Assembly (NCBI GenBank): GCA_023645945.1
Contig: JALAIB010000015.1
Coordinates: 1 to 49,733 of the forward strand
Source: Diploschistes diacapsis
Lineage: Eukaryota
Length of the DNA: 49,733 nt
Reading direction: 5' to 3'
A program made the position numbers and the translations under genes. Below, one piece after another: positions 37,766 to 49,733 of this stretch (positions within the stretch are counted from its first letter, which is position 1; every line of letters starts with the position of its first letter). The notes beneath the pieces are model-generated. The model made no database searches. It saw only the letters and a program-made list of their open reading frames with translations, and had not been told where the DNA came from.

Positions 37766-39190
37766 CTAGAAACCTTGCACGTAATAATTGTAGTTGCACT
37801 CGGAATTAGAATCGCCAGAAACAGCCGTCGAGCCGTTGATGGTCGTGAGCACGTTCCCAGATCCGTCCAGGACTTCCACCTCGACAATTCCAACCTGCAA
37901 ACCCAGTACCTTTGCAGTGTTCAGTCCGCTGGTCGCCGGCGAAGAGCCAATCTGCTGTCCATTGCTATAAACATTGATCGTCCCTCCAGTGGTGCCGCTG
38001 GGAAGGAATATGGCGTAGTTCACGGCATCTTCTGCGCCTTCGGAGCCCGTGGGCTTGCCGTTCGGACAAGCATTGGTGGTCAGGATGGAGCGATACCAGA
38101 TGGCACCCGTCGGACTGGAGCCTGCATCGATCTGGGAAACGTCGATCACGCCGGACTTCAAGGCATTGATGACGGGCGTGATGACTTTTTGCCATCCAGT
38201 GTGGTCGAAGATGGCATACTCTGGGATCGTGGTTCCTCCTATGGCCTCCTGCCAGAAATCGCCGACGTAGTGGCTTTCGCCAGAGTCATTCCAGGTTATC
38301 ACTTCAACGTAATCTGGTCCGTCAGAAAGTAGTTGCTTGATCCTCTGCCCAAAGGTGTCTTCGCCAATACGATAGTAGAAATTTCCGGGGAGGTTCTTGT
38401 ATTGGAGGGAAGACCACGCTGTTGAATGGTTTAGCAAAGATATTTGGGTGCTCTGGAGGAACAGGGCAAGTCTTACGCATCATATAGACTTTGCCTGCGG
38501 CGTGAGCCTCTTGAATGACCTGAGTATCCACCGAATCACTAACATTGGTGCCTGCAGGGCTATTGGGTGCCCCCCAAGCAGTCTCCCAGCTGAAAGCACC
38601 ATCGGTAATGGGGAATGTGGTGAAAAAGTCAGCAGGGTAGTTGGGGGCATTGTCGAAGTCGGGGACAAAGTAAGGGTTGAGATTGTACTGCTGAAAAGCG
38701 GTGGTCCAGAAGTCGTTGACACTCGAGGAACCAAAAGTCTGCGTCCCGCCACTGTAGGTGCTCAAAAATGGCCTCCCATTTACGGTATAGTACGAGGGGT
38801 GTGTCGAATAGTTCTGTACAATTGGCATGAATTGAGAAGGGTCATCCAAGTTGCCTGGGCCAAGATCAAGTGAAAGAAACAGTTTGAACGCCTGGTCATC
38901 GGCAGCCTGAAAGAGAAGAGCGAGTGCTGGCGCAGCATAGCCGTTCGGGTCAGAGCTGAATAGGTCGAGAGCAAAGGCATCGAAACCTGCTGCTTTCCCG
39001 TCGGTTATGTCCTGCTGAGCATGCTGAGCAGTGATGGATCCAACCTGCAGAGGTGTTAGGCTTAGTATGGCGGATCAAGCGCGATATCGCTTACTAGATA
39101 GTGTGCAAAGACACCCTGAACAGCGGCAGAAGCCGACTGGGTGAGGAGGGCCAGGAGTGTTCCCCAAGTCACTGTTCGCCTAGACGGCAT
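37766..39190 (-). CDS. Secreted glycoside hydrolase family 71 alpha-1,3-glucanase (mutanase)
   Basis: Signal peptide MPSRRTVTWGTLLALLTQSASA, then VFAHYLVG, GFDAFALD, FKLFLSLD, GRPFLSTYSG, YFVPD, DGAFSWE, VEVITWNDSGESHY and DHTGW. Two introns. Confidence 0.93.
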
Positions 39191-39927
39191 ATTTGACAAC
39201 TCTGTTGGGTCTAGTAGTCGGGTAAGAAGTACTCCAAGGTAGCTGAATGACTGATGAAGAAGCCGAGCGAAAAGAAATGGTTACTCGGGAATCCTTTAGA
39301 ACAGCAGCGCTAGATTGGAAATCTTATATGCTTGTTTGGGCTCTCGGCTTTGACAGTCTTATATCAGGGACCCCTGAATGCTTGATAATATTTGTAAGGG
39401 AATCCAACAGGTCGTAGCAACAGTACGAAGAAATGCAAGAACACTTACGTGCACGGCGCACTAGTGACTGCGGAATCACTCAGGCAGAACGTTTGATGCA
39501 GCCACACAAAGACTTGTACAATATGATTTCTACATCTCAACCACGACTGTACATATGACTTTGAAGAAAACGTCAGAAACATCAAACGCATGTGGGGAAA
39601 CAGGCTGCATTTGATACCGCCACCTAATCCACCGGACCACGCCATAAGCGTAACAATCACTCATCAAACCGGGAAGGGGGTGCACTGCCCGTGAAGATTC
39701 ATGGGACGAGGTGGTCAGCATTTCTTAAATTTCCGAGAAATTTAAACGCGAGAATCTCTTCGCGATCGGCTCAGAGACCAGGAGCATTGAATAAGTTTCG
39801 CACAGATGGAACAAGAGTACAGTAGTAACCCAGAGACAAGACACTGCCGCTGGCCTCAAGTTGTAAGAGGAGATGTGTAGATACGTGTATGGGTAGAAAT
39901 CATGGAGTATTGTACAGCAGATAATCT

Positions 39928-40071
39928 TCTGCCACTTTATGCCCATCTGAGAGCCCCAAGGATGCTTCGTATCAACTATGTTATAAATCTGAAAAGGTGT
40001 CGGAGAGCTTCAAGTATCTTAGATTCAATTGTGTATCTAGTCGAGCTGTTGAGTGGGAATAAAGTGGTGAG
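39928..40071 (+). repeat. Dispersed dyad-symmetric intergenic element, copy C
   Basis: Shares tctgccacttta.gccca...gagagcc...gatgcttc...tctgaaa...ggagagcttcaagtatct with copies A and B. Its ends ccactttatgccca and tgggaataaagtgg are inverted repeats. Confidence 0.72.
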
Positions 40072-40181
40072 ATATCGTTTCCTGAGATTGGGTTATCCCC
40101 GCTATTTCCGGTACTTTCCAAAATTTCCAAGACGCAGTTTCTCAAGCTTGCGTCAAGGCATATTGTAGTACACATAAAGAA

Positions 40182-41295
40182 ATGATACCAAGATCCCCAT
40201 TTCGGATACCGCTAAGACTATTCCAAGGTCAAACCTTCCTCGTCCTCTTTGTATCGACCCATCACTAAATGTCAGACAGATACAGGACGCCCACAATGGC
40301 TCGAAGCAAGGAACGCCATCCCGACTACAATTCGCCCCTTTTCCACGACCCCGGCTTTCAACGCAAAAGCGAAAATAGGAGCTCGAGCTCATAGACATAA
40401 AAGACTGAAAAACTCAAGGCCACGTATCTCAGATGCCTACACAATCCGGCTCCTCCGCCAAAAAAAGGCAGCTCTCCTCGCCCGACAGCAGGAGCTCAAT
40501 GTGATCCGGGAGGAGGCCAAGGGCAATCCCATCCATGGAGCCCCGGAATCCACGCCCTTTGTCAAATCCCTCAAACTCGCCATGCCAGAGGACAAGATCC
40601 ACATTCCCAACACGGAAGATGGGCTAGCTCCCGCCACGCCGCCCAATGTGATTGACATCGCCTTGACTTCCCAAGCCGACATCCTCTCCTCCGAAAACAC
40701 TGGGGTCGCGAAGCCAAAGTATCTGAACAACTTCCTCTCTCCAGAAGACCTCGACCGCTACACACAGGGCTCGCGAGATCTCACGCGCCCACTCCCCAAT
40801 GAAGACCGAGACGCGGCCGATCCGGAGAAGCAGGCGCAAGCTGCACAGGCCCACATGGTCAACCATGCCATCCGTACGGCAGCGTTAGCTAGGGCCATGG
40901 CCGTCGAGAATACGAGCAGCCGGCAGCGGCACCGGATCAACACGCAGCGGGTGATCGAGGAGTTTGGGCGGCACACGACCGACAGGACCCTGCGACCACG
41001 GATCGATCGCGAAGGGAACGTGGTGCAGAAGGAGCGTGTTGGGCCGGATACGGGCTCGAGCGAAGTGCAGATTGGCGTCCTTACGGCCAAGATCAAACTG
41101 CTAGCGGCAGAATTTGAGGGCAGGAGCAGGAACGACAAATTCAACAAGCGGAACCTGAGGCTTCTCTTGCATAGGAGGCAGAAGTTGCTGAGGTATTTCC
41201 ACAGAAAAGACAGGGGTGGAGATCGATGGCAACACTTGATTGAGAAGCTGGGCTTGACGCCTGCAACGTGGGAGGGTGAGATTGAAGTCAGGTGA
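40182..41295 (+). CDS. MRPS28: Mitochondrial ribosomal small-subunit protein uS15m
   Basis: S15 signature DTGSSEVQIGVLTAKI...DKFNKRNLRLLLHRRQKLLRY...LIEKLGL. An Arg-rich presequence starts at ATG 40182 and joins via intron 40228-40279. Confidence 0.9.
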
Positions 41296-41422
41296 AAGTA
41301 GAGGAAGCTACATAGTTAAGGGGTGAAACCAAAGGCCCGCTGTATAATACGTTTATGGGTTGCATATTGTTAAAGGACGCAGCATTCGCCAATCAGGGAA
41401 TCTTGCATCGAAAAAGCCCCGT

Positions 41423-43357
41423 TTACTCGGCACACTTCTCCATATATTCCAAGGATCTCTCCCGTTCTCTCTGTGCTTCCAAGTCACCGCGCCCTCCTCT
41501 CCGTGTCTCTCCATTTTTGGCCAGCCACTTCGAGTTCACCACCTCTACCGACTCGAGCCTCATTCTCTCTAACACCGGTACATAGCTTCCCCTGTTTTCG
41601 TAGCTGTTCCCGCCTAGATACGTTTTCTGGCTTTGCGGTGTCTGGTCACCTGCAGCATGGCCGTTACTGCGCCCTTGCGCTACTGCCAAGTTCAGCAGCG
41701 ATCCAGCAAGCACTTCATCAATCTTCTTCTTTCTCCACAGCTCCCACAGCTCGTCCACCAGACCCCCTGTGCCGAATTTGCCTCTGCCTCTGAAGCCAGA
41801 GGTCACGTTGAGCTCTTTGTCGCCAGTGCCATGCTCATCGCCAACCCATAGCCAGTCCAAGGCGTCTTCGCGAGTCATGCTCCCTTCCGCTGGAAATATG
41901 CAGTCCCAAAGAACAAGGGGTGCATCTGAAGCCATCTCGTACTGAGGTTTCTCGGCTGTTTCGTTAACGTCCAAGAGCTGACTGACGAGCTCCGGCTTTT
42001 CTAGGCCTTGGCCGATGAGAAATAGGATCGCTACCATATGCCGGACTTGATGCCACAGGAATGCTGAGCCGTGGAGGATGAATTGGTAGACCTTGGGAGC
42101 CCTTGATTGCGGAGCAGGTGCGTGCGCCCCGTTACCGGCTGTAGCAGAGTTGCCCCCAAACTCCGCAAAGTAAGGGACAGCAACATAGGCCGCAGGTTCA
42201 GAAGTAGGATCGACTTCTCTAATCTCCGAGTGAAAGATGCGTCTCCTGAATTCCTGTATTTGCTTGCTCCGGTCCAGTTTACAGAAATTGCGGAAGTCAT
42301 GTGTCCCCTCGTAGCGCTTCGCGGCTTCCTTCATAGCTTCGACGTCAAGCCAACCTTCTCTGCGTTGTATGCCGATAGACTGGCCACTGGTCATGCTTAA
42401 ATGGATGCCGCTTTCGCCAAATGTTGGAGTGAATGCGGGTTGGGTAAAGAAATAGCGGTACTGGCGCTCCCGGCAAGAAAAGCGTGCGGAGAAATCTGGC
42501 GGTGGAGCAGGGCACCATGCAAGGACTCGTATGTCTGAGGGTAAGAGGCGGTTGAGGACCTGAGCATAGGGTATCTCGTCGCGGACGGGATGAAAACTGG
42601 GTGCCTCCTCCCAAGTCCTTTCTTCCGCATTTCTGATACAGTCGCCATTTTCCACACCAAGCTTTGTGGAGTGTGCGTTTTGTCCCTCCAACTCGACTAG
42701 GTACTTTAAGGCGTCACTAGCTGGCGCTCTCTTTCTCTTAGCAAGCGGCCTATTACTCCTAACTTTTATACTAATAACCTGTCCGAAGGCACTCACTCCC
42801 TTGTCTGTTCTGCCGCATTTCGAGTATTCACAACCCTCCCAGGTAATTCGACACTTCTCCACTGCTTGCGTATCTTTGGGCATAATCAAACGCGCCTTTA
42901 TCATAGCCTGCCAAAGCTCCTCCTCGATGGTAGGCAGAGGCGTCGTATTATTGGAATGGTACTCGTAACCATTATATCTTTGACCTAAGTAGGCAAACTT
43001 CAGGGCAATTTGTCGCGTGGAGTACTTGGAGGGATCAAAAGCTCCTCGAACTTTGGCCTTCTTTTCTTTGGAGCTCGTCGAAACCAGCTGGCTAGGCTGG
43101 ATGACTGCCTGTCTGCATAGCTATGTGAGCCTGTGTAACCAAGTCAGGACAGAACAATCAAACTTGGCACGGGCGTCTCTTAACTCCTTCTCCAATGTTC
43201 TGACACGCTCCGCAAGCCTGTCCACAGCCCATTGTGAATAATCCTCTTCCCTGGTGGCCATTTGCGTCGCAACAGACCTGCAACAGGTCAGGCTGTGGGA
43301 GAAATATGGCGAGAGAAGATGAAATGGTCTGCAATTTCGAGGCGGACGGGCTAACAT
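41423..43357 (-). CDS. DEG1: tRNA pseudouridine(38/39) synthase, TruA family
   Basis: FDPSKYSTRQIALKFAYLGQRYNG, CGRTDKGVSAFGQV (catalytic Asp), FSARFSCRERQYRYFF, GTHDFRNFCKLD and GSAFLWHQVRHMV. One intron. In-frame ATGs at 43357 and 43261. Confidence 0.93.
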
Positions 43358-43678
43358 AGCCAGCAAGCTCAAATGCACTGAATTAATTCTTTCTAGTTTG
43401 CGTCGATAATTGAAGAAAAAACCACGGAATTGAGTCCGTGCTTGCGAAGGCCTCGTGAAAGCCAACCGTGGCCGAGCTGCCTCCTATCTACGTCCACAAC
43501 TGTTTTGTAAAGGAATAATAATAGGGTCAAAAATGACCCTAATTTGCGTCCTGAACATGTGTGTTAGGAGCTGAATCTTCTCATGCGATGTGATATTCGT
43601 GCTAAATCTAACATGATATAATCCGCTACATAGGTACTGCGCGGTAAACAAACTTAAAAAGGGGTATCATTATAGACA

Positions 43679-46031
43679 TCAAGATGCTGTCAAATCCACA
43701 ACCTCTACGCCAGGAAAACATCGCTTTGGGGTCAAATATTCCGCCTCATAATCATCCACTGCTCTCCAAGACCCTTCTAGGCTTTCTCTTAGAACAACTT
43801 TGTGCTCAGCCTTCTGTCTCGCTGCTTTTACAACGGTCTTTGCTCCAATAGACGAAATCCTTAAGTCGCCGCACCTGAGTGTGGAGTGGAAGAGGCCATT
43901 TGGTGAAGGCAAACTCGAGGTGCATGATTCCGGTGATTCAGGTGCTGTATTCTTATGGTTGATCCGTCTACCGGCTCCTCTATAATCTAGATTCTCAACA
44001 GTACGGTCAGACCTCGCTTCATCAAAATGCCGCTGCGAAGACTCAAAGGGGAAAATCTCAGGCTTGGTCGGCGAAGAAAGTATGACCACCGTTCCTTCCT
44101 GAACAAATTGCTCCTTGCGGGCTCTGCTCCTTTTCTTGGTCTGTTTAGTCTGCCTGCTCTCATCGATTGCTGGAGCACGAAAGGAACGCTGCCCAGCTGG
44201 CATTGAGCTGGGCAACTTCCGGAATTCTTGACTGCACTCCAGAGTATCCGCGGCTGTTCCTGATGCTGGAAGGTTGGAGATATCCTGAGTTGAGGTTTTG
44301 GTCTTCTTTACGCCTCGCTTTCGGGGTCTGCCAGGGACAGTGCCTGAACGCTGTACTGGCAGAATAGGCTGGGAAGCTGACATGGCCGGCTTGTTGGTAG
44401 GCTTTTCTATCGCGCCACCTTCAAACAGGCTAGAAGCCCTGTTCTGATAGCCGGGCTTCCTTACACGGAGGAAAGGCTCGATGGCTCCACGAGGCATCCC
44501 ACTTTTGAGCTTTGATCTTGCACGAGCTTTCCGGCTAGCAAACTTCTTCGGATCTCTCATCTCAGCCTCCCAATTCTCAACTGTCAAGGGCACTCCGAGC
44601 CTAACATATGTTTCAGGAAACCAATCTTTTTCGGGTTTGGCAGGATCATATCTTGATGGGTTCCGCCTCTTCCTCGGGCCTTCCGTCGGACCTGCAGCAC
44701 TTTCTCCATCAGAAGCAGCTTCTTCCATCTCCTCGTCGCTGCTGTAGATAGCAGTGTGAGTCTGTGGTAAGTCCTGATCTGCTCGGAGCTCGGCCTCCAT
44801 ATCCAGACCCACAATTTCTTTTGGCACGTACGCTATGCGCAACTCTGGAATGTTGTCTGTAGTGAGGTGGGTTCGTTTGCCTAGTATGGCCTTGATTAGT
44901 TTCTCTTCTTCCTCCGCTTGCGTGTCCATGTCGTCAAAAGCGCTGCATGCTCCAAGCCCTCCCGCAAGTCTCTGCCCTACCAAAGACGGCGCCATTACTC
45001 GGATAAAGTGTCGCAGACCTGTATAACCTCTCCATTCGAAAGCTCTCACTGAGAACCGTCGGAGATCTGCTACATCAACATGGCCCCACTTAAGCTGGTT
45101 GCTGTATCTTGCTACTTGCTGCTCATTTGAGACAACAGGGTGCATGTAGTAGTAGAGAACCGCTTTGTCTGGGAAGTTTTCTGGAATCTTCAACAATTTG
45201 TGCCTTGTCCTAAAGTAACCCGACTCATTCGTCATAAGCTCATACTCAAGCCTTTCTCTCCATTGCCGAAGGGCTACTGTGTCTTTTCTGTCAATCTTGA
45301 ACAAATCATGGCCAAAGCGCGCACGAGCGGCTTCACATGCCACCTTGGGACCGCATCCCGGTATTCCGGCAGGTATGTAGTCGCCACCACTCATTAAAGC
45401 GACAAGCACCATTCCTTCGCGGTCAAGGCCTGCTTTGCCCTTCTTTATTTCTTCAGCCTGGTAGACATCAACATGCGTTGGTGCCTTGTTGCCTTTTGCT
45501 CCTTCGCTACTCCAATTCCGGAGATGCATTGTGCAGCCGAACATGAGTGTATCTACATCCTCACTCAACACAGCATCGACGATTCCTTCTCTTTGTAACA
45601 GAGCACATTCCGCTTCTGCTTCACCCGGCGCATAAATATAGGGGAACCCAAAGAGTTTGAACAGCTCAGTCGCAACCAGGTTGAGCGCAGAGCCTCCAGA
45701 AACATTAGTCCTTTTGTTCCTCTTAAAAGGTGGTTTATGCGGCCCATCGAAGACGAAGAGTGGCTGGATAGCAAGTCGTTGTAAGCGCAGGAGCCGATAG
45801 AACAGCGTCCGTAAATCTGCGTTCGTCCCTCCCTTACCGGACTGTATCTGAAACGACCAAATCGAGACATCAATCGCAAGTCGAAATGGGCGATTGGCGG
45901 TCTCTCTCTTTTGTACCGCAAGCTTCAGTAGTGCTGTTCTTGTCCCTGGCCCGATCTCGCCATAGACCCTAGGACTGTATCAGCAAGTCTGAAGGGCTAT
46001 TATTGGGTTGTACTAACCCCTTAATGCCCAT
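43679..46031 (-). CDS. YEN1: XPG/Rad2-family structure-specific nuclease, Holliday junction resolvase GEN1/Yen1 type
   Basis: MGIKG|VYGEIGPG...RLAIDVSIW...LRTLFYRLLRL...FVFDGPHKPPFKR, APGEAEAECALLQ, VLSEDVDTLMFG and ALMSGGDYIPAGIPGCG (XPG-N, XPG-I and H3TH segments). Confidence 0.9.
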
Positions 46032-49000
46032 TTCAACGGAGGACTACTATAGAAATTAATGGAAAGACAATAAAGGTACAATAACTTGAGCTATCAAGAA
46101 TGAGGTTCATGTAGCGAAGTAGTGATAATCATGATGATGATATTGTTGTTTACTTTAACCTCTCAAGCGAGGGGTGTTCAACATCGGCCTCTCTCAATGA
46201 CCATGCCAAGAGAACAGTAATATTTATGCGATAGGATTGATTAGATTATACACTAATTTTCGTCGTAAAAAACTCCCACTTCGGAAGAAAACTAGCAGGA
46301 TCAATGACACTTCAATCTCATTCCATTAACACAGTATTTGGCAGTGACCAAGGTGTTACTACCCGGTATCCCGCACCTGTCTTACCGCCTAGCGCCGACC
46401 TTTACGCTGAAAGTAAAAAAGGGCTTGGAATACCAGGTAAGGAATAACTACAACGCTATTAAAACCTGAGCCTGATTTCGAAAGATTATTTCTACAAAAT
46501 AAAAGGGTTCGATTCAAAAAGCTGGAGAAGAAACTGTTTGAATAAAAATAGCTGAGTATAAATACCCCAGATCAGCCCTATAGGCTCAACCCTCAACCCC
46601 TAAGCTCCTGAACCTAAACTAATGATTCATTCTCGAAAATAATATAAGGATTAAAAAAAGCTTTACCACTTTTGTTACTCGCCGAGAACACGTTAGCCTT
46701 TATTCTGGGGGTCAACTACAAGGCGTGAAAATCTCGTCAGCTTGCACACTCCAAACGGAATTTTCCCCTGAGTAAAGGGAGAGATGGGGACACCTCTCCG
46801 CAATTTAGCTATTCATTCCTGCCTAGAGTCTCGACAGGGAGCATTCAAAGAAAAGGTGTCGTCCTGTTCCGCGGCTCTAACATAGTCACATAGGTCCGTG
46901 GGCTCTTCGATCCTGCAGCTACTCTTTGTCCTTACCCAGTTTCTGAGTCTCTCGATCCCATCAAACAGTGCAATTCTTAACTGTTTCGTCTGTCTTGCAC
47001 GTGCTCTTCTATGAATTTGCGGATCGTGGGTAGGCAGACCTCGTTCTTTCTTTGACCCTCGATGACTGTGTATGTCTAAGGGACCACATATGAGAAAGCC
47101 CTTCGTCTGTATCTGTGATTCATCGACTATCAGATCGTCAGGGAACATTGCACTGCCCATCTTTTTGTTCACTCCTTCCCTGTAGGCTGGTCTGAAGACT
47201 TGCTTCGGACTGTGGAGCCTCAGGATGTGTATTCGCACCACTAGAAGCGAGGCCACTTGGAAACTTCGCTGTCGAAGAAAGCAAAGCAGGAGCAAGTGAA
47301 GAAGAACAAGACCAAATCATGTCGACCTTCAATGGAGACGTTCCCAGTAAGTGAACGTCTCGGTTTTTTGAGATCGCCTTCTGTATACTGCCCGGCTGCG
47401 ACGTAGGAGTTATTCCCCCATTTGGAGCGGTATAAGGATCGGATCAACTTTGTCGAGAAAATTCTGGAATCGTGGTAGATCACTTTATGATAGGAAGCGC
47501 TTCAGGGGCCTCTCTGCGGTTTCGCTTCCGATAACGGCCGGTATAAAGATTATTTAACGACTGATCCGAAGACGAGATTGCATATTTACGAGTTAGGAAT
47601 GGAATGTCCCTACTTTAGTGCCAGATAAGGTAGTATATCATTCTTGCAGTCGCCCGTTCGAACGACGGCGGAGAGCTCCCGGAATTTGGCGCGACCACAG
47701 GAACCGATGGTATTAATTTTGCGCATAAGATTGACTTGAATACTCCTGAGACTATTAAGAGCTTGTTACAGCTTTATATAGTTTTATTGGGCGAAGGCAA
47801 GGCTCTTGATGGGATCATAGAGCTGATCAGCAAGGTTGCAAGCTCTGGGAAGAGAACATCATGGATTCCGAGCAAGCCTGCTATAAGATCTGGCAGATCA
47901 AACTTTCAAGCAATTTGGACCTTTCGTTTCGGATAGTCGACTTGTAAAATTGTGTGCACAAAGCCGGCGGACTACGAGTAACACCTCTGAATATGATCGT
48001 TCATCGAACTGATCTCTATTTAGACATTCATTATATAAAGAGCTTTGTCTCCTTGTTTCTGCTTTTAGACCTCATGATGTCTTTTCCTGTGTCGGTAATC
48101 AGACTAGTTGGCACCCTGACTCCAACATTGTTCGGTCCTTACTGCTCTGTCCATCTTTTCACATGATACGTTGATGCTTCCTCTGTTCAAGGCTCGCATG
48201 GCTCTTAGAATTATAACGAGGAACACGGCACCCAGAGGGAGACCTAGAATTCATGAGATCAACCTACATCCTCTACAAATATAAGCCCAAGGCCAAACCC
48301 TGCTGTCTTTTTGTGAGCTTTCTGGCTCTTACGCTCTTCCAGATCATAATGGACCCCTCTCCCAGCACCTACCAAGAGCGGCAAGTCTCAGAGTGAGCAG
48401 TGTCAACGATTACCAATGCCACGAACACATTCTAATATGGCACCCAGAGCTCCCTCAATTACTCCAAGCAAGCTTCAAGAGCCTTCGGTGACCGACCCCG
48501 AACCCCATACCCCAAAGAACTAGGAACCTGTCGCTACCACCCTCCCGGTCCTCCACCTACGCATCGGAAATCGTCCCCATCAACGCCTCCTCGAAAGCCT
48601 GCTCTTAAATACCCGGCGCTACGCCCAGCACCACGGTTTGGTACCTTCGGCCACTTAGCGACCGGCGAGCATCATCGGTCACCTTTCATTTACCGTCGTA
48701 CGATCGCCAGGTGGGACACGCTGCTCGAGATAAGGGAAGATTGAGAAGAAAGGAGACGAAGGTTATCGACGAGGCAGAGAGGAAGGGTCGTGCGGATATT
48801 CACGAGCACGGCCAAGAACGGGCCTTCAAAGCCGCCAGAACTGATGCTGGCTGGCAGAAACTCACAGTTTCTCATGGAAAGTTTATGAAGAAAAGGAGGA
48901 GCTTAGAGTAGATGGCGAGACTACGGCTTGATTTCGCACCGGAGAAGGATAGATCTTCCGACCAGTTTGATGGATAGTGTGTGCAAATACGATTAAGATG

Positions 49001-49212
49001 AAGCACCTGACGCCGCGCTTGCTTAAAATATGGAAGAATCGTCAGCATATACAATGAGCGGAAGTCAGAGCTACAGCTCCGGGCTGCCAATAGTTTTCTC
49101 TAACACGGCTTTGCTCTGCATTCGGTCTAGTCCTTTAAGCCACTCCCATTCCCGCTCCCTCTATTACCACCACTAGCAAAAACACACGTCCCGTATTCAG
49201 CACAACCCCCCC

Positions 49213-49733
49213 TCAACTCTGCAGAAAAACCTCGATCACCGTCACAAGAATATTAATCTCAATGAATTCAATAAAAATCCACGTCAACGTATTCATTTAA
49301 TTTCTATAATACTATCCGACAAGATCTCCGTTAGATCCAGCAAAACCCTGTATTTCTGATACAACACCATCATACTCGGGTTAAACTTTGAGTATTCTCC
49401 CACCGCGGCATATAAAAGGATGGAATATGAACTCGTTGGTTTAAAAGAAATTCGGCGTGTCGAGCACGTTATTACTAAGAATTCACGTTAACGCGGGATT
49501 TATTTAATGGCCTTTAGGATCCGCACGACTTGGTGCCGTGTGAGGTTTGATCTGCCGATTAAGGCGAGGCTCCGGGGCACGTCTAGAAACGGAAGCCATC
49601 TAATGCGCCATAACCTGCCTAAAAGAGGAGAATTTCGTGGATTGGGCGATGGCGTGGGGAGACGGTGAGCTTGATCATGTGGTCGCCTTCGGAGCGGAGG
49701 GTGATCATATCGTTGAAGACGCGGGGACGGGGG
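49213..49733 (-). pseudogene. RMD8: Disrupted C-terminal part of an RMD8/RMD1-family (DUF155) gene, running off the window edge
   Basis: Across several frameshifts it reads PRVFNDMITLRSEGDHMIKLTVS/HAIAQSTK...DVPRSLAL...KSRVNVN..NNVLDTPNFF*...LYAAVGEY...RVLLDLTEILSDSI...MNTLTWIFI...ILVT. In-frame stops lie at 49602-49600 and 49443-49441. Confidence 0.75.

Noticed and set aside
46505..46515. GGTTCGATTC, resembling a tRNA T-loop or B box
   Set aside because: No flanking T-stem, acceptor stem or A box.
46813..47483. Overlapping minus-strand ORFs (160, 64 and 80 aa)
   Set aside because: No recognisable motif or consistent splice model. It could be a decayed or lineage-specific gene but is not supportable.
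48250..48911. Pro-rich open frame (~48450-48744) and short plus-strand ORFs with intron-like signals
   Set aside because: I could not join them to an ATG in frame with the available donors and acceptors.
1..49733. CRISPR arrays, rRNA/tRNA genes, intact transposases or a secondary-metabolite cluster
   Set aside because: No repeat-spacer array, RNA gene signature, transposase/RT motif or PKS/NRPS/terpene synthase was seen.

Overview
This window is gene-dense nuclear DNA from a filamentous ascomycete (Pezizomycotina), judged from short GT-AG introns with CTRAY-type branch points. About 18 spliced protein-coding genes can be reconstructed by hand. Almost all lie on the minus strand and most are housekeeping genes. 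In order they are: a partial conserved gene at the left edge, a hypothetical protein, a CaiB/BaiF CoA-transferase, a second hypothetical protein, an SLC35F-type transporter, an MFS transporter, a Cid1/Cid13-type nucleotidyltransferase, PP4 subunit PSY2, a conserved unknown protein, BRF1, two Nudix hydrolases flanking squalene epoxidase ERG1, a RING protein, a GH71 alpha-1,3-glucanase, mitochondrial uS15m, DEG1/PUS3 and YEN1/GEN1. A frameshifted, stop-containing RMD8/DUF155 copy sits at the right edge. I found no tRNA, rRNA, CRISPR array or intact transposase. The most unexpected signal is a diverged, non-coding, dyad-symmetric element of about 145-165 bp. It occurs in three separate intergenic regions (about 18.3, 33.8 and 40.0 kb), with a possible fourth copy at about 47.8 kb. 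Other points of interest are a hidden tail-anchor exon on the RING protein, frequent AAG and one GAG splice acceptor, PP1-docking-like motifs in an orphan protein, and dual start codons in two enzymes. All exon calls and alignments were made by eye.
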